This document shows positions 38,880 through 48,750 of a stretch of DNA of 64,000 bases, piece by piece. The notes under the pieces are model-generated. The model was not told the origin of the DNA. It searched no databases and saw only the letters and a program-made list of their open reading frames with translations. The position numbers and the translations under genes were made by a program. Source of the DNA: Candidatus Latescibacterota bacterium (GTDB taxonomy: Bacteria; Latescibacterota; UBA2968; GCA-2709665); the NCBI GenBank assembly GCA_965219455.1, contig OZ244744.1:832001-896000 (forward strand), written 5' to 3'. Position 1 is the stretch's first letter, and the number at the start of each line of letters is the position of its first letter.

Positions 38880-41198
38880 TCACTCAATCACACGAAACAT
38901 CTCTTCGCGCGTGGCCATCTGTCCGGTATGCATGTCCTTGACCCGCACCGATAGGCGGTGCACGCCGGCAGGCACGTGGCTCAGGTCAATCTGCAAATAC
39001 GTGAAGTCGTCCTCACGAGAGCCCTCATACCGGCTTGTTACCGTCGTCTCTGCGCCCTCTCCGCTGCGTGCCATTTCTCTGATCCGCCTGGCCTGTTCAT
39101 CGTCTTCGGGTTCTCGCGCTTCTTCCACGAGTGTTATCTCCAGCTTCTCGTTGCGCGTCACATTTACCTGTGCCACATTCGATGCCTCGCCCTCTCCCGG
39201 CAAGCGCTGCGCCACGAACAGGTACGGATCGATCTCCTCGTCTCCGGGCCAGCCGATCCGATAGGAGATCTCATACTGCGTGCGCCCATATTCATCTCGC
39301 TTCAGGTTATACGCCTCCAGGTAGATGAACGCAGGTTCGGACCGATGATAGGTCCGCAGCGGATTTGCCACGACGTTTAGGTGGCTTCTTTTCTCCGGAA
39401 ACGGCGACCCTGTCTCAATCTGCGTGGCCAGCAGCAAATCGCTCATCGCAAGGGAAGAGTCCACAGTCGCAAAGCCACGCTCCTCACGGAACGTCCCGAT
39501 CGACCCGCGCTTCCGCTCCCGCACCTCGCCGACCAGATGGTACGTGCCGGGGGCCACCCTGAATGCCAACTGAAACACCAGATGACCATTCCGCAAGCTG
39601 TCCGCAGCAGGATACCCGCTGGGCGTTAACTCAGGCCAACTCATGTTGAGATCCGACCGCTTCCGATATATCTCGTCCCAGTTCTCGTCAAACACAAATA
39701 CTCCGTTTTCCAATACAAAACCACTGTCCGCATCCGAGGCAGATACATTGTATTTCGGCAGCGCATACGCCAGTTCCACGCGGACGCTGTCACCATCCTT
39801 GAAGCTTGCCACCTGGTATGGGATTCTGTATTTGCTGAACCGAAACGGGTCCATATAGTGTGTTGGTCGATGATTGAACGTATACCGTCCCGATGTCCGA
39901 CCCGGACGGGTGTCGAAACGCCACGAATCCAGACCGTCGCTGTTGACAAACGAGATCGAGAATCCCTCATAGTACCACTCCTCGTCACCGCCCTGGATAT
40001 TTTGGCCGAACCTGCCTTCGAACGAGTCAACACCTCCTGGGATCTCAAGCCGCCTTGCCTTCCTGTTGAGAGCAGGCCCGAATTTTATGTGTGCTTTCCC
40101 GCGGTCCGTCTGCCATCCCGGTTTCCCTTTCAGTCGCCGCCCATATCGAAGATTGGCATACGCCAGGCGTCCATAGTGCTCCATCCGCCGCTCGCTGAAT
40201 GACGTCAGGTAAAGTGGATCACCTTTCCGCCAAAATCGCGCCCGCTCAGGGTTATCCGTCCATCCGATTCGGGTCGTATCGGTCGTCGCAATCGAATCAA
40301 GTACCGATCGTTCCTCCTGGCTTGCAATCAGGTCCACGGACTCCATCAGAGCGCGTTCCTCAGTCGACATTCGCTCCAACGCGCGCATATAATACTCATG
40401 GGCAGTCTCCCATTCACCCATCCCCTGGTATCCCAAGCCACAATAGAGCAGCGCGTCCTTATCCTCGGGATACTGATCCATGCATAGCTTTGATGCCTTC
40501 ACGAGTCCTTCAGGGTTCTTGCTTTCATAATGGATCAGCCCCAAATCGTAATACGCGTCCCGATTTTTAGGATCTGCCACGATGCTCTTTATCAAGAATG
40601 CCAACGCTTTCTCCCGATCCCGCGTAGCGTGTTCTTCCCAACGAAACAGGTGATACGTTGGTGGGCCCAACCCGGTGACGATATCCACGTGCTCCAGATT
40701 GATATACTTCAGGAACGCCTGCATGGAAAAAAAGCCTACCCTATACGCCGCCTCGGCAAGTCTTTCAGGATGGGTCTCACAAACCTTTTCGTAATGCCGT
40801 TCCGCCTTCAACCACAGTCCCTGATTGCCGAGCAACTCACCGAGCATCAGTTGATAGTCTCCGTTGCCCGGTTCCAGCCGAATCGCCTCGTCCAAAGCTT
40901 TGCGTGCGCTCTGGCGCCCCAGCGGCGTACCCATCGACATATACAATTTTGCTATCTCATAGTGAGCCGGTGCGTGGTTCCAATCCACTTTCAATACATC
41001 ACGGAAGGCCTCGAGGCTCTCCTTTACAGAAACGCTCTCCACGCGCGCCAACGCTGTCTGATAAAGGCTGTCGGCATGTTGCGGTTTGCTGGCTGCCACT
41101 ACCGTTGTGAAGGCGAACGCAAGACCCAAAAGAGTAGAGACAAACAAAGTCAACCTTGTGCGGCATCGCAGTATTTCGTGTTCTCGCAGGACCGACAT
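38880..41198 (-). CDS. GWxTD-domain protein with N-terminal TPRs (paralog 2, near-identical to paralog 1)
   Basis: Same motifs; start at ATG 41198 after GGAGG. Confidence 0.85.
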   Translation of the reverse strand: MSVLREHEILRCRTRLTLFVSTLLGLAFAFTTVVAASKPQHADSLYQTALARVESVSVKESLEAFRDVLKVDWNHAPAHYEIAKLYMSMGTPLGRQSARKALDEAIRLEPGNGDYQLMLGELLGNQGLWLKAERHYEKVCETHPERLAEAAYRVGFFSMQAFLKYINLEHVDIVTGLGPPTYHLFRWEEHATRDREKALAFLIKSIVADPKNRDAYYDLGLIHYESKNPEGLVKASKLCMDQYPEDKDALLYCGLGYQGMGEWETAHEYYMRALERMSTEERALMESVDLIASQEERSVLDSIATTDTTRIGWTDNPERARFWRKGDPLYLTSFSERRMEHYGRLAYANLRYGRRLKGKPGWQTDRGKAHIKFGPALNRKARRLEIPGGVDSFEGRFGQNIQGGDEEWYYEGFSISFVNSDGLDSWRFDTRPGRTSGRYTFNHRPTHYMDPFRFSKYRIPYQVASFKDGDSVRVELAYALPKYNVSASDADSGFVLENGVFVFDENWDEIYRKRSDLNMSWPELTPSGYPAADSLRNGHLVFQLAFRVAPGTYHLVGEVRERKRGSIGTFREERGFATVDSSLAMSDLLLATQIETGSPFPEKRSHLNVVANPLRTYHRSEPAFIYLEAYNLKRDEYGRTQYEISYRIGWPGDEEIDPYLFVAQRLPGEGEASNVAQVNVTRNEKLEITLVEEAREPEDDEQARRIREMARSGEGAETTVTSRYEGSREDDFTYLQIDLSHVPAGVHRLSVRVKDMHTGQMATREEMFRVIE

Positions 41199-41390
41199 GT
41201 CGAAACCTCCTGAGCTTGCAATGGTGATCTTTGGATGCAGCGTGTGACGCGGAACCGATAATTCAGTATGTTCTTCGCGACAAAGGATATCGGAGCTACC
41301 GGGCATGGAGTCGTTCATCCAGACTTGCACATGCGAGCTTCTCCGATGCCCTTCCTTGCCTAAAGACACCAAACAGACGGCACCGGTTCG

Positions 41391-41428
41391 GAAAAAAAGA
41401 AAGGCCCGGAAGAAACTCCTTCCGGACC
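41391..41428 (-). terminator. Intrinsic terminator after GWxTD paralog 3
   Basis: Minus strand GGGTCCGGAAG..CTTCCGGGCCTTTCTTTTTTT. Confidence 0.8.
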
Positions 41429-41572
41429 CTAACTTTCAATGTCACAAAACCCGCCTACTTACGACCGTGTTGACCATCTAACTTGCCTTACTTCCTTTGC
41501 ATTTGCTGTACCCACCTCAATGCTCCTCCTTTGGCCATGCCTGCTCCGAAATAGCCCACCGTGCTCCCGGCT

Positions 41573-43813
41573 TCACTCGATCACCCGGAACAACACGCGC
41601 CGTTCGTCGTCCTGTCCATAACTGTTCAGGTCCTTCATATTTACTGTCAGACCGTGGAAGCCCACGGGCACCTTCCCCAGATCGATTTGAAGATAGGTGA
41701 AATCATCCGTCCCGTCTCCTTCGTACCGAACCGTTATCGCGGTTTCTCCCGTATCCTTGTCGTATTTCCGGATCGACCTTGAAACTCTGTTCCTCTCAGC
41801 GGGAACGTATCTGATCTGGTATTCGACAGGCCCGCCCTCCCGGACCGCTCCAATCCCCAGACGCACCTTCCCCACCGGTTCCGCCAGCGCCACCGCCTCG
41901 AATCTCCCGGGAACAACGTCGTTCTCTTCCGGCTGCCCTATCCGATAGGAAATCTCGTATTTTGTCCGTCCGAAATTATCCCGTTTCAAGTTATAGACCT
42001 CGAAATAGATGTATATCGATTCCGACCGATAGAACGTGTGCAGAGGATTCAACACCACGTTCAAATCCTCCCGCCGCTCCGGAAACGGATCGTCCATCCG
42101 GATGTCGGCGGCCACCAGCAGATCGCTCATCGCCGGCGACGTATCTTCCGCTGCAAATGAGTACGTGTCCCTGAACGTACCGATGGACCGGGTCCCGCGG
42201 TCCTGCACCTCGGCGATGAGATGGTAGTCCCCCGGTTCAACGATCAGCGTCGACTTGGACAGCAGATACTGTACCCTCAGGCTGTCCGTTCCCACGTCCG
42301 CAAGCCGCCGGGTCGCATATACCGCCCGCGAAATCTCTTTCCAGTCGCCGTCAAACAGGAAGAGCCCGTCCTGCAGATCGACAGCGCCCGTGTTGGACAT
42401 CTTCAAACTCTCTTTCGAAATCGCATAGGCCACCTCCACCCGTATCTTGCCGTCGTCACGAAACGCAGCCACCTGATACGGCAGGCTGTATTTCAACTCG
42501 CGATAGGGATCCACGTACCGTTGCGGCGTACGATTCAGCACCCATTCGCCGGACGGAGTGAAGCGAGTGCCTTCCGCAAAACGCCAACCGTCCAGGCCGT
42601 TCCAATTTCTGAATCGAAAGGAAAAGCCTTCGTATGACCAAAGTTCCGTGTGTGCCTGAACGAGGCGACCGCGTGGGCCGACCTCGGGACGCGTCACCGT
42701 GCGACCGAGCGGGTCTCCATACTTAATGTAAACCCGTCCCATTTCCGTCCGCCAGCCTGCAATTTCCCTCCTTGGCTTGCTGAACCGCAAATTGGCGTAT
42801 GCCACCCGCCGGTAGTGCTCCATTCTCCTTTCGTTCCGTTCCGTCAGCAGCAGCGGATCCTGTTTGCGCCAGAATCGCTCCCGCTCAGAACTGTCCACCC
42901 ACTCTCCGCCCGCATTTTGAGCCCGTGAGTCCGCTTTCGCGACGCGCGCCCGCTCTTCATCTATGGCCACGGCATCCACCGATTCGATGATCGAACGTTC
43001 CTGTACGTCCATCCTTTCGAGTGCCCGGACGTAAAAGTCCCATGCATGGTCCAGGTACCCGCTGGCGTGATAGCCCAACCCGACGAACAGCAATGCGTCC
43101 TTGTCGTGCGGGTACGCCTGTAACAGTGAGTTGGCAACGTTGGTCAGCGCCCTCCCTGCGGCCGAAGGCGCGGATTTCATGTCCTCCATGTAGACCAGGC
43201 CCAACTGATAATACGCATCTTTGAACCCGGGTTCGTGCCGGATACTCCTTTCGAGACTCTGAATTGCCCGTTCACGGTACTCCTCTGCAAAATGCCGCCA
43301 CTCCAGCATCACACTGTGGCTACTGCCCTCCATGTCGATCATGTTCCAATACTTCAAGAAATCTTTCACATAGTAGGTTCCGAGCCCAAAAGCGGCCCGG
43401 GCGTTCCGGGGGTCCTGCGTCAATACCGCTTCATATTGACGCTTTGCGTTTGCCAGAAACCCCTGCTCCCACATCAGATCGCCCAGGAGAACCTGATACG
43501 CGAGATTGTCGCGATCCAGGCGAATTGCCCGGCGCAACATTTTCTCCGCACTTTGGCGATCCAGAGGTGTATTCAAAGACATATGCAACTTTGCGATTTC
43601 CGCGTACGCCGGAGCGTAATTCTCGTCCAACGCCAGCACGTCTTTCAAGGCGCGCACGCTCTCCTCGACCGACACGCGGCCAAGTTGCTCCATTGCGATA
43701 CGGAAACGATCGTCGACCGTGTTCGTCTCGTCCGAAAACGCGAAACCGCCGCCGCACCAAGCCACAGCGAAGATAAATGTGTATGTCGACCGGCGTCTGA
43801 TCCTCAAGGCCAA
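41573..43813 (-). CDS. GWxTD-like protein with TPRs (paralog 3, diverged)
   Basis: FWRKQDP, EHYRRVAYANLRF, GWRTEMGRVYIKYGDP; collinear with paralogs 1 and 2. Confidence 0.83.
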   Translation of the reverse strand: MALRIRRRSTYTFIFAVAWCGGGFAFSDETNTVDDRFRIAMEQLGRVSVEESVRALKDVLALDENYAPAYAEIAKLHMSLNTPLDRQSAEKMLRRAIRLDRDNLAYQVLLGDLMWEQGFLANAKRQYEAVLTQDPRNARAAFGLGTYYVKDFLKYWNMIDMEGSSHSVMLEWRHFAEEYRERAIQSLERSIRHEPGFKDAYYQLGLVYMEDMKSAPSAAGRALTNVANSLLQAYPHDKDALLFVGLGYHASGYLDHAWDFYVRALERMDVQERSIIESVDAVAIDEERARVAKADSRAQNAGGEWVDSSERERFWRKQDPLLLTERNERRMEHYRRVAYANLRFSKPRREIAGWRTEMGRVYIKYGDPLGRTVTRPEVGPRGRLVQAHTELWSYEGFSFRFRNWNGLDGWRFAEGTRFTPSGEWVLNRTPQRYVDPYRELKYSLPYQVAAFRDDGKIRVEVAYAISKESLKMSNTGAVDLQDGLFLFDGDWKEISRAVYATRRLADVGTDSLRVQYLLSKSTLIVEPGDYHLIAEVQDRGTRSIGTFRDTYSFAAEDTSPAMSDLLVAADIRMDDPFPERREDLNVVLNPLHTFYRSESIYIYFEVYNLKRDNFGRTKYEISYRIGQPEENDVVPGRFEAVALAEPVGKVRLGIGAVREGGPVEYQIRYVPAERNRVSRSIRKYDKDTGETAITVRYEGDGTDDFTYLQIDLGKVPVGFHGLTVNMKDLNSYGQDDERRVLFRVIE

Positions 43814-43918
43814 TCCTCACAGGCAGCCAATCACGGGGTTTACCGATAGGAGACCATCTGCATCGTCGCCTGGCGCATTGACGTACCCCGCGCAACAGGT
43901 TTCCACGCGTGGTCCCGC

Positions 43919-46255
43919 CTATTCTCTCCGCTTGAAGATTTCCGCCACCCACACCTGGCCCTGCTCGCGCGCCACTGCGACGCCGATATGGGTTAAACGC
44001 TCGTCCAGAATATTGCGCCTGTGTTCGGCACTCAACATCAGGTGCCAGTGAGCTTCCTCCACCGAGGGCGCCGTCGCCAGGTTTTCCAGTGCGACCTCAA
44101 ATGAAATGTCCAGCCGCTCCAGGCGTTCTACCAGGTCTCCATACATTGGCGACCAGTGCGAAACCGAGCCGTATGCCAGCATGTCCTTCAAATGGGACGC
44201 CGCCGCATAGGCCAGGTCGTCGTCCCACTCCAATGCCATGCGGCCCTTCCTACCTCGCACGTCGTTCACCATACCCATCAGCCGCCGGCTTGCAGCCGCG
44301 TCGCCGGGAAACGCCGCGACCTCGATTACAGGCGTCTCAAGAGGCTTCGGGTTGCCAACCTTCAACATGCGATCTTCAAGCATTACAGCATCGCCGTTTT
44401 CAATTTCGCACTGGATCTGTAACCGGTAATATCCGGTTTCCCCTGCCTGCAGCGTTCCCTCGAATTGCCCCGCGTCAAGCCCTATCTCCATATCCAGCAC
44501 ATCCCCGTCCGGAAGCGCGAACACGGCCATTGACATCTTCTTCACCGCATCCTCCGCAGATCCCCGGACGGACGCAACCATGCCCGGAGAGATGCGTTCC
44601 GGCGCCCGGTCCAGTTTGATCAGGTCGCGCCGTATCAAACCCCGGTACCGATAGGGTTCCGCGAATTGCCTTTCGGATGTTCCATCGGGGTGCGCCTCAA
44701 CGCGGTTGCCCTCCCGGTCCGAAATTACATATCGATCAGGAGAAAGAACCTCAAGCCGCACTCCCGACGTATCGGTCTGTACAATCCTGCCGTCCGGATA
44801 CTCCTCAATTACGGTCCCATCCACGAACCTTGCGACGCGCACGCCATCGGGACGGCGTACCGTTTCCGAGCCGTCCGAATACACGGTGCGCCTGGATTGA
44901 TCCGCGAAAACCTCCAGCGTCTCGCCGGAAGGATGTTTCTGGATCTTTCGCCCATCCGGATACTGTTCAATCGTGGTACCATCGTTCATTTGCGTAAACT
45001 GCCGGCCGTCCCTGAAGACCTTTATCCGGTGCCCTTGGGGCGTTAATGCAAAGACACTTCCATCGGGATATCGCGTCTCCCGCGCGCCGCCCCGCACCTC
45101 GATCTCCACCCTACCGCCAGGATAAAGCACATGCCGCGTCCCATCCGTGAATACCGTCCGTTCCACACCTGTCGGATGTACCGTACGCACCGTTCCGCTG
45201 GCAAAGCGATGCACCCGCTTCCCATCGGGATATATCGTCAGCCGGTTACCGGACGCATGGCGCCATTCCTGCCTTCCATCCTTATACACCTTGTGCCGAT
45301 TGCCGTCGGCATCTTCGAAAATCATCCGTCCATCCGGATACGTCGTTTTTACGCCTCCCAGCGTATCTTCAAATCGAACCGAACCATCCGGAAACCGCGC
45401 TTCCCGCGTGTTATCGGGAAACTGCATCACGATCCGCCCGTCCGGATACCGCCAGCGCTGCCGGCCGTCAGGAAACGTCGTCCAGTCCCGGCCATCCCCG
45501 TAATGCCGTTTGCGCACCCCCCTGCCGGGATAGGACGGATTGTTCGGTCTCAGCCAGACGCCCGCCTGGACCCGCACATAGCCGTCGGGCGGCAGGTGCA
45601 TCCGTTCACCCGACCTGAAAGCTGACGTCCGGAACATATAGCGGTGCAGCGCCGCCGCGTCCTCCAACGCCTCGCGGTGGGCGATCGGCTGCCCGATCGC
45701 CGATAGAAGCGTGCCGTATCTGTCCGGATGCATCGTCACATAGAGGTATTGAAACGGACCGGCAGCTTTCCCCAAGGCCCCCTGGAATGCCTCACCTTTC
45801 CCAAAGATCACCGCAGCCAGAACACCCCTATGTGTCCTTCCGGTCGCAACCCTTCCATGCTCCATGCGGTAGATGCGGTCCTTCCAATTCAGTTCCAGAT
45901 TCCTCACCGCCAGCACCGTATCAAACCGGACCCGATATGCCTTCAACGGGACGCTGATCATGTCGCCTGACATCACGGCAGGGACGTCCTCGATCATCCA
46001 TCTGCGGGAACTTCCCCGGTGCCCGACAACGACGCTATCCGCCATCTCCCGAACCAGAGCGGCGCGGCCGGTATCCGCCTCGGCCAGGTATCCTCCGGCG
46101 GCCGCTACATAGTTGTGCGCACCCCATCCAGGACGGAACGCCACGTCTCCGGGCCAGCTCACCGCGCCGGACACGGTCACCGTCTCCTCGGGCGTACATC
46201 CGAAGAGGTTCAGCAGGAGCAGAACGGCAATGCAATTCAGAAATTGGGATTTCAT
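43919..46255 (-). CDS. Lipoprotein with 9-aa (Y/F)PDG beta-hairpin repeats (Tcp10_C/G-box-like) and C-terminal CAP/SCP domain
   Basis: LFGC lipobox; long repeat tract; CAP motifs VNDVR, H..DM, SH, ENLA, LMLSAEHRRNIL, THIGVAV. Confidence 0.8.
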   Translation of the reverse strand: MKSQFLNCIAVLLLLNLFGCTPEETVTVSGAVSWPGDVAFRPGWGAHNYVAAAGGYLAEADTGRAALVREMADSVVVGHRGSSRRWMIEDVPAVMSGDMISVPLKAYRVRFDTVLAVRNLELNWKDRIYRMEHGRVATGRTHRGVLAAVIFGKGEAFQGALGKAAGPFQYLYVTMHPDRYGTLLSAIGQPIAHREALEDAAALHRYMFRTSAFRSGERMHLPPDGYVRVQAGVWLRPNNPSYPGRGVRKRHYGDGRDWTTFPDGRQRWRYPDGRIVMQFPDNTREARFPDGSVRFEDTLGGVKTTYPDGRMIFEDADGNRHKVYKDGRQEWRHASGNRLTIYPDGKRVHRFASGTVRTVHPTGVERTVFTDGTRHVLYPGGRVEIEVRGGARETRYPDGSVFALTPQGHRIKVFRDGRQFTQMNDGTTIEQYPDGRKIQKHPSGETLEVFADQSRRTVYSDGSETVRRPDGVRVARFVDGTVIEEYPDGRIVQTDTSGVRLEVLSPDRYVISDREGNRVEAHPDGTSERQFAEPYRYRGLIRRDLIKLDRAPERISPGMVASVRGSAEDAVKKMSMAVFALPDGDVLDMEIGLDAGQFEGTLQAGETGYYRLQIQCEIENGDAVMLEDRMLKVGNPKPLETPVIEVAAFPGDAAASRRLMGMVNDVRGRKGRMALEWDDDLAYAAASHLKDMLAYGSVSHWSPMYGDLVERLERLDISFEVALENLATAPSVEEAHWHLMLSAEHRRNILDERLTHIGVAVAREQGQVWVAEIFKRRE

Positions 46256-46283
46256 AATAAACCCCAGAGGGCAGTAACAACAG

Positions 46284-46729
46284 TGATCAGTTGTCAGTAG
46301 TCAGCGTACAGCCGTCAGAAAAAACAGCTATTAGCGGTCGGCTGTCAGCTTGAACCGGATAGCGATATGGCCTGGCGATATCAATCCGCGACGGCCGCGG
46401 GAACCTCTCCCCCCGGCCCCCTCTCCTAAAGGAAAGGGGGAGGTAAGCCAAGCGTTGCCTTACCGGTGTTTTATATACGCTCTGATTGCCAGGAAAACGC
46501 CATCTCGGCGGCTTTCGCAAGCCCGGGACATCGACCCGTCACCGTTCCCCCTTCCTTCAGGAAGGGGGTTAGGGGGTAGGTCCGGGAACCTCTCCCCCCG
46601 GCCCCCTCGGACAGAGCTATCAGCTATAAATGGTCGGCTGTCAGCTTGAACCGGATAACGATATGGCCTGGCGATATCAATCGTCGATATCTGCGCCATC
46701 CTGCGGGCAACCACAAGGGTTGCCCCTAC
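46284..46729. repeat. Composite intergenic repeat cluster
   Basis: TCAG heptamers; internal duplication (about 46334-46386 vs 46632-46682); CCTCTCCCCCCGGCCCCCTC motifs (also near 12060); REP hairpin at 46705-46729. Confidence 0.8.
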
Positions 46730-46917
46730 ACGTCAAACACTGCAACCCCGACCTATGGCTCGAAAGAAGTTGCGGTATTCACCCCACAAGGTTAAATATC
46801 AGGGAAGGCGGCCGATCGCTGCACACTTCTGCTTCAGGCGATTCAGAAATGTTAATGACTCCACTGAAATCGACCCGCGCCCGGTACCGGTCCGGCGCGA
46901 AATTCACTCATTAGACT

Positions 46918-48339
46918 ATGTCCGATAGTCAGAAAACACACCATACCCATTTCCATTTCGGCTTTGTGCTGGCGTCGCTTTCTGTTGCGCTGACGGTTGG
47001 TTTCGGCTATGCGGCCATCCTGGCCGTGCTGATCGGTTTTCAAATCTCCATGGGCAATTGGTGGGTCGCCATGCTCCAGGCCCACGGCCACGCCCAACTC
47101 CTGGGTTGGATCGGCCTCTTTATCATCGGAGTCAGCCTCTACTTCCTGCCGCGTCTGGCCGGTACGCCGCTCCGCTTTCCCCGGCTTCCCACGTGGATTC
47201 TTTGCCTCCTCGCAACCGGCATCCTGCTGCGCGCCGTCTCACAGCCGCTGCTGGCCGCGGGAATTGAAGACCCGTTTCATAGCGGCCTGCGATGGGCGCT
47301 GGGTTTCTCCGCGTTGCTGGAAACCACAGGCGTCTATTGTTACATCGCTCTGCTGGTCATCACCTTACGCAGCGCAGCGCCTAATCGCCCCGCCCTGCAG
47401 ACGGTGCGCATCTTCCTGGCAATTGCGATTGCAGGGTGGGGATTTTATTCACTGCTCTCGGGCGCGCTCGTGTTTTACGCGAGCATCGGAAACAACCCGC
47501 TTCTGCACATCGCATGGAACAGATTCGGCATTGAATTCTTCATTGGTTTTGTCATCCTTCCGACGGCGATGGCGTTTTCCGTTCGTACGTTTCCGCTCTA
47601 CCTGCGCCTGCCCGCCGTCCGCTGGCCCGTAGCCCGGTTCGGGCAGGTCTATCTCCTGGCGCTCATCCTGATCCACCTGCCTGTATTGGCGCAACTCACG
47701 GATGTGTCCTTCGCCTCATCTCTTGCGCATCTGTCGCCCATCGGAAAAGTCCTCAGAGGTGGCGTCCTTCTCCTCTTCATCTGGAAACTGGACATTCTAT
47801 TCCGGTGGTATCCTCCATGGACCGTAAATCGCATTGGCGAACCCGGGCCCGAACGACGCCCCACGCGTCCGGGCCTACCGGACTACGGGGAGTTCGGCCG
47901 GTTCGAGCTGCTGCTTTACGCCGCATTCGTCTTCCTCGCGCTGGCCGCCACGGCTGAACTGTTGGATGGCGGGCTTGTCCTGTTTCAGGTCGGTTCTCCT
48001 TTCGATCCCGATGCATTGCGACACACCCATCTCGCGGGGTTTATCACCCTCCTTCTGCTGGGCATGGCGCCTCGAATGGTGCCCGGTTTCCTTCACAAGC
48101 GCAAAGTGGCCTTTCCCGGTATGGTGGCTGCGACCTTTTACCTGGCGACCGCCGCCGCGCTTTTCCGCATTGCGCCGCTGCTTCTGGCAGAGATTCTGGA
48201 CCGGGTTCCTTACGGTCTGCCGGCCTCGATGACCGCGTTCGGCCTGTCCGGCCTGCTCGGGTGGCTGGCGGCGGCAATACTGGCCTGCAATCTCTGGGTT
48301 ACCTGGCGCAGCCCTGCCGCCAATGCCCACTTGCCTTGA
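46918..48339 (+). CDS. NnrS-like multi-pass membrane protein
   Basis: About 12 hydrophobic segments; HGHAQLLGW and DALRHTHLAGF..LLGMAPRMVP His motifs. Confidence 0.65.
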   Translation: MSDSQKTHHTHFHFGFVLASLSVALTVGFGYAAILAVLIGFQISMGNWWVAMLQAHGHAQLLGWIGLFIIGVSLYFLPRLAGTPLRFPRLPTWILCLLATGILLRAVSQPLLAAGIEDPFHSGLRWALGFSALLETTGVYCYIALLVITLRSAAPNRPALQTVRIFLAIAIAGWGFYSLLSGALVFYASIGNNPLLHIAWNRFGIEFFIGFVILPTAMAFSVRTFPLYLRLPAVRWPVARFGQVYLLALILIHLPVLAQLTDVSFASSLAHLSPIGKVLRGGVLLLFIWKLDILFRWYPPWTVNRIGEPGPERRPTRPGLPDYGEFGRFELLLYAAFVFLALAATAELLDGGLVLFQVGSPFDPDALRHTHLAGFITLLLLGMAPRMVPGFLHKRKVAFPGMVAATFYLATAAALFRIAPLLLAEILDRVPYGLPASMTAFGLSGLLGWLAAAILACNLWVTWRSPAANAHLP

Positions 48340-48350
48340 TCGGCTAAGAG

Positions 48351-48393
48351 AAAAAAACGCTCCCAGCGGCGGCAGCCGTTCTGGGAGCGTTTC
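48351..48393. terminator. Terminator between convergent genes
   Basis: AAAAAAACGCTCCCAG..CTGGGAGCGTTT. Confidence 0.8.
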
Positions 48394-48410
48394 GATCGAA
48401 TTGTCGGCGC

Positions 48411-48722
48411 TCAATTCCGTGCTGTGGCAGGGACCCGAGGCCTGCGTTGTTTTTCCTTTACCCGCTTGAGCTGCCGGACCATCTTGTCGATCGCGCCGCC
48501 AAGCGCGGGATGAACGACATCCTGTTCGTCAGTGGATTTCAGGATATGGTTATGTACGTGCACCACAATTTCGACTCTGTACATCCGATTCTCGCGCTCC
48601 AGCGTAATTCGCGCGTCCAGAATCGGATCATAAAACTGCTTCAGTTTTTCTGATTCTTTTTCGATAAATTCCCGCAAGCGGCCGGACACCTCGAAGTGTT
48701 TCCCCCTGATTTCGGTTTTCAT
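48411..48722 (-). CDS. hpf: Ribosome hibernation factor (short HPF/RaiA)
   Basis: EIRGKHFEVSGRLREFIEK, AIDKMVRQLKRVKEK; AAGGAGGT RBS. Confidence 0.88.
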   Translation of the reverse strand: MKTEIRGKHFEVSGRLREFIEKESEKLKQFYDPILDARITLERENRMYRVEIVVHVHNHILKSTDEQDVVHPALGGAIDKMVRQLKRVKEKQRRPRVPATARN

Positions 48723-48750
48723 CGCCACCTCCTTGCTCATGGTTGCACCG

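Noticed and set aside
36411-41198. Near-identical GWxTD copies as a diversity-generating retroelement template/variable pair
   Set aside because: Both are full ORFs, differences are not obviously adenine-restricted, and there is no reverse transcriptase
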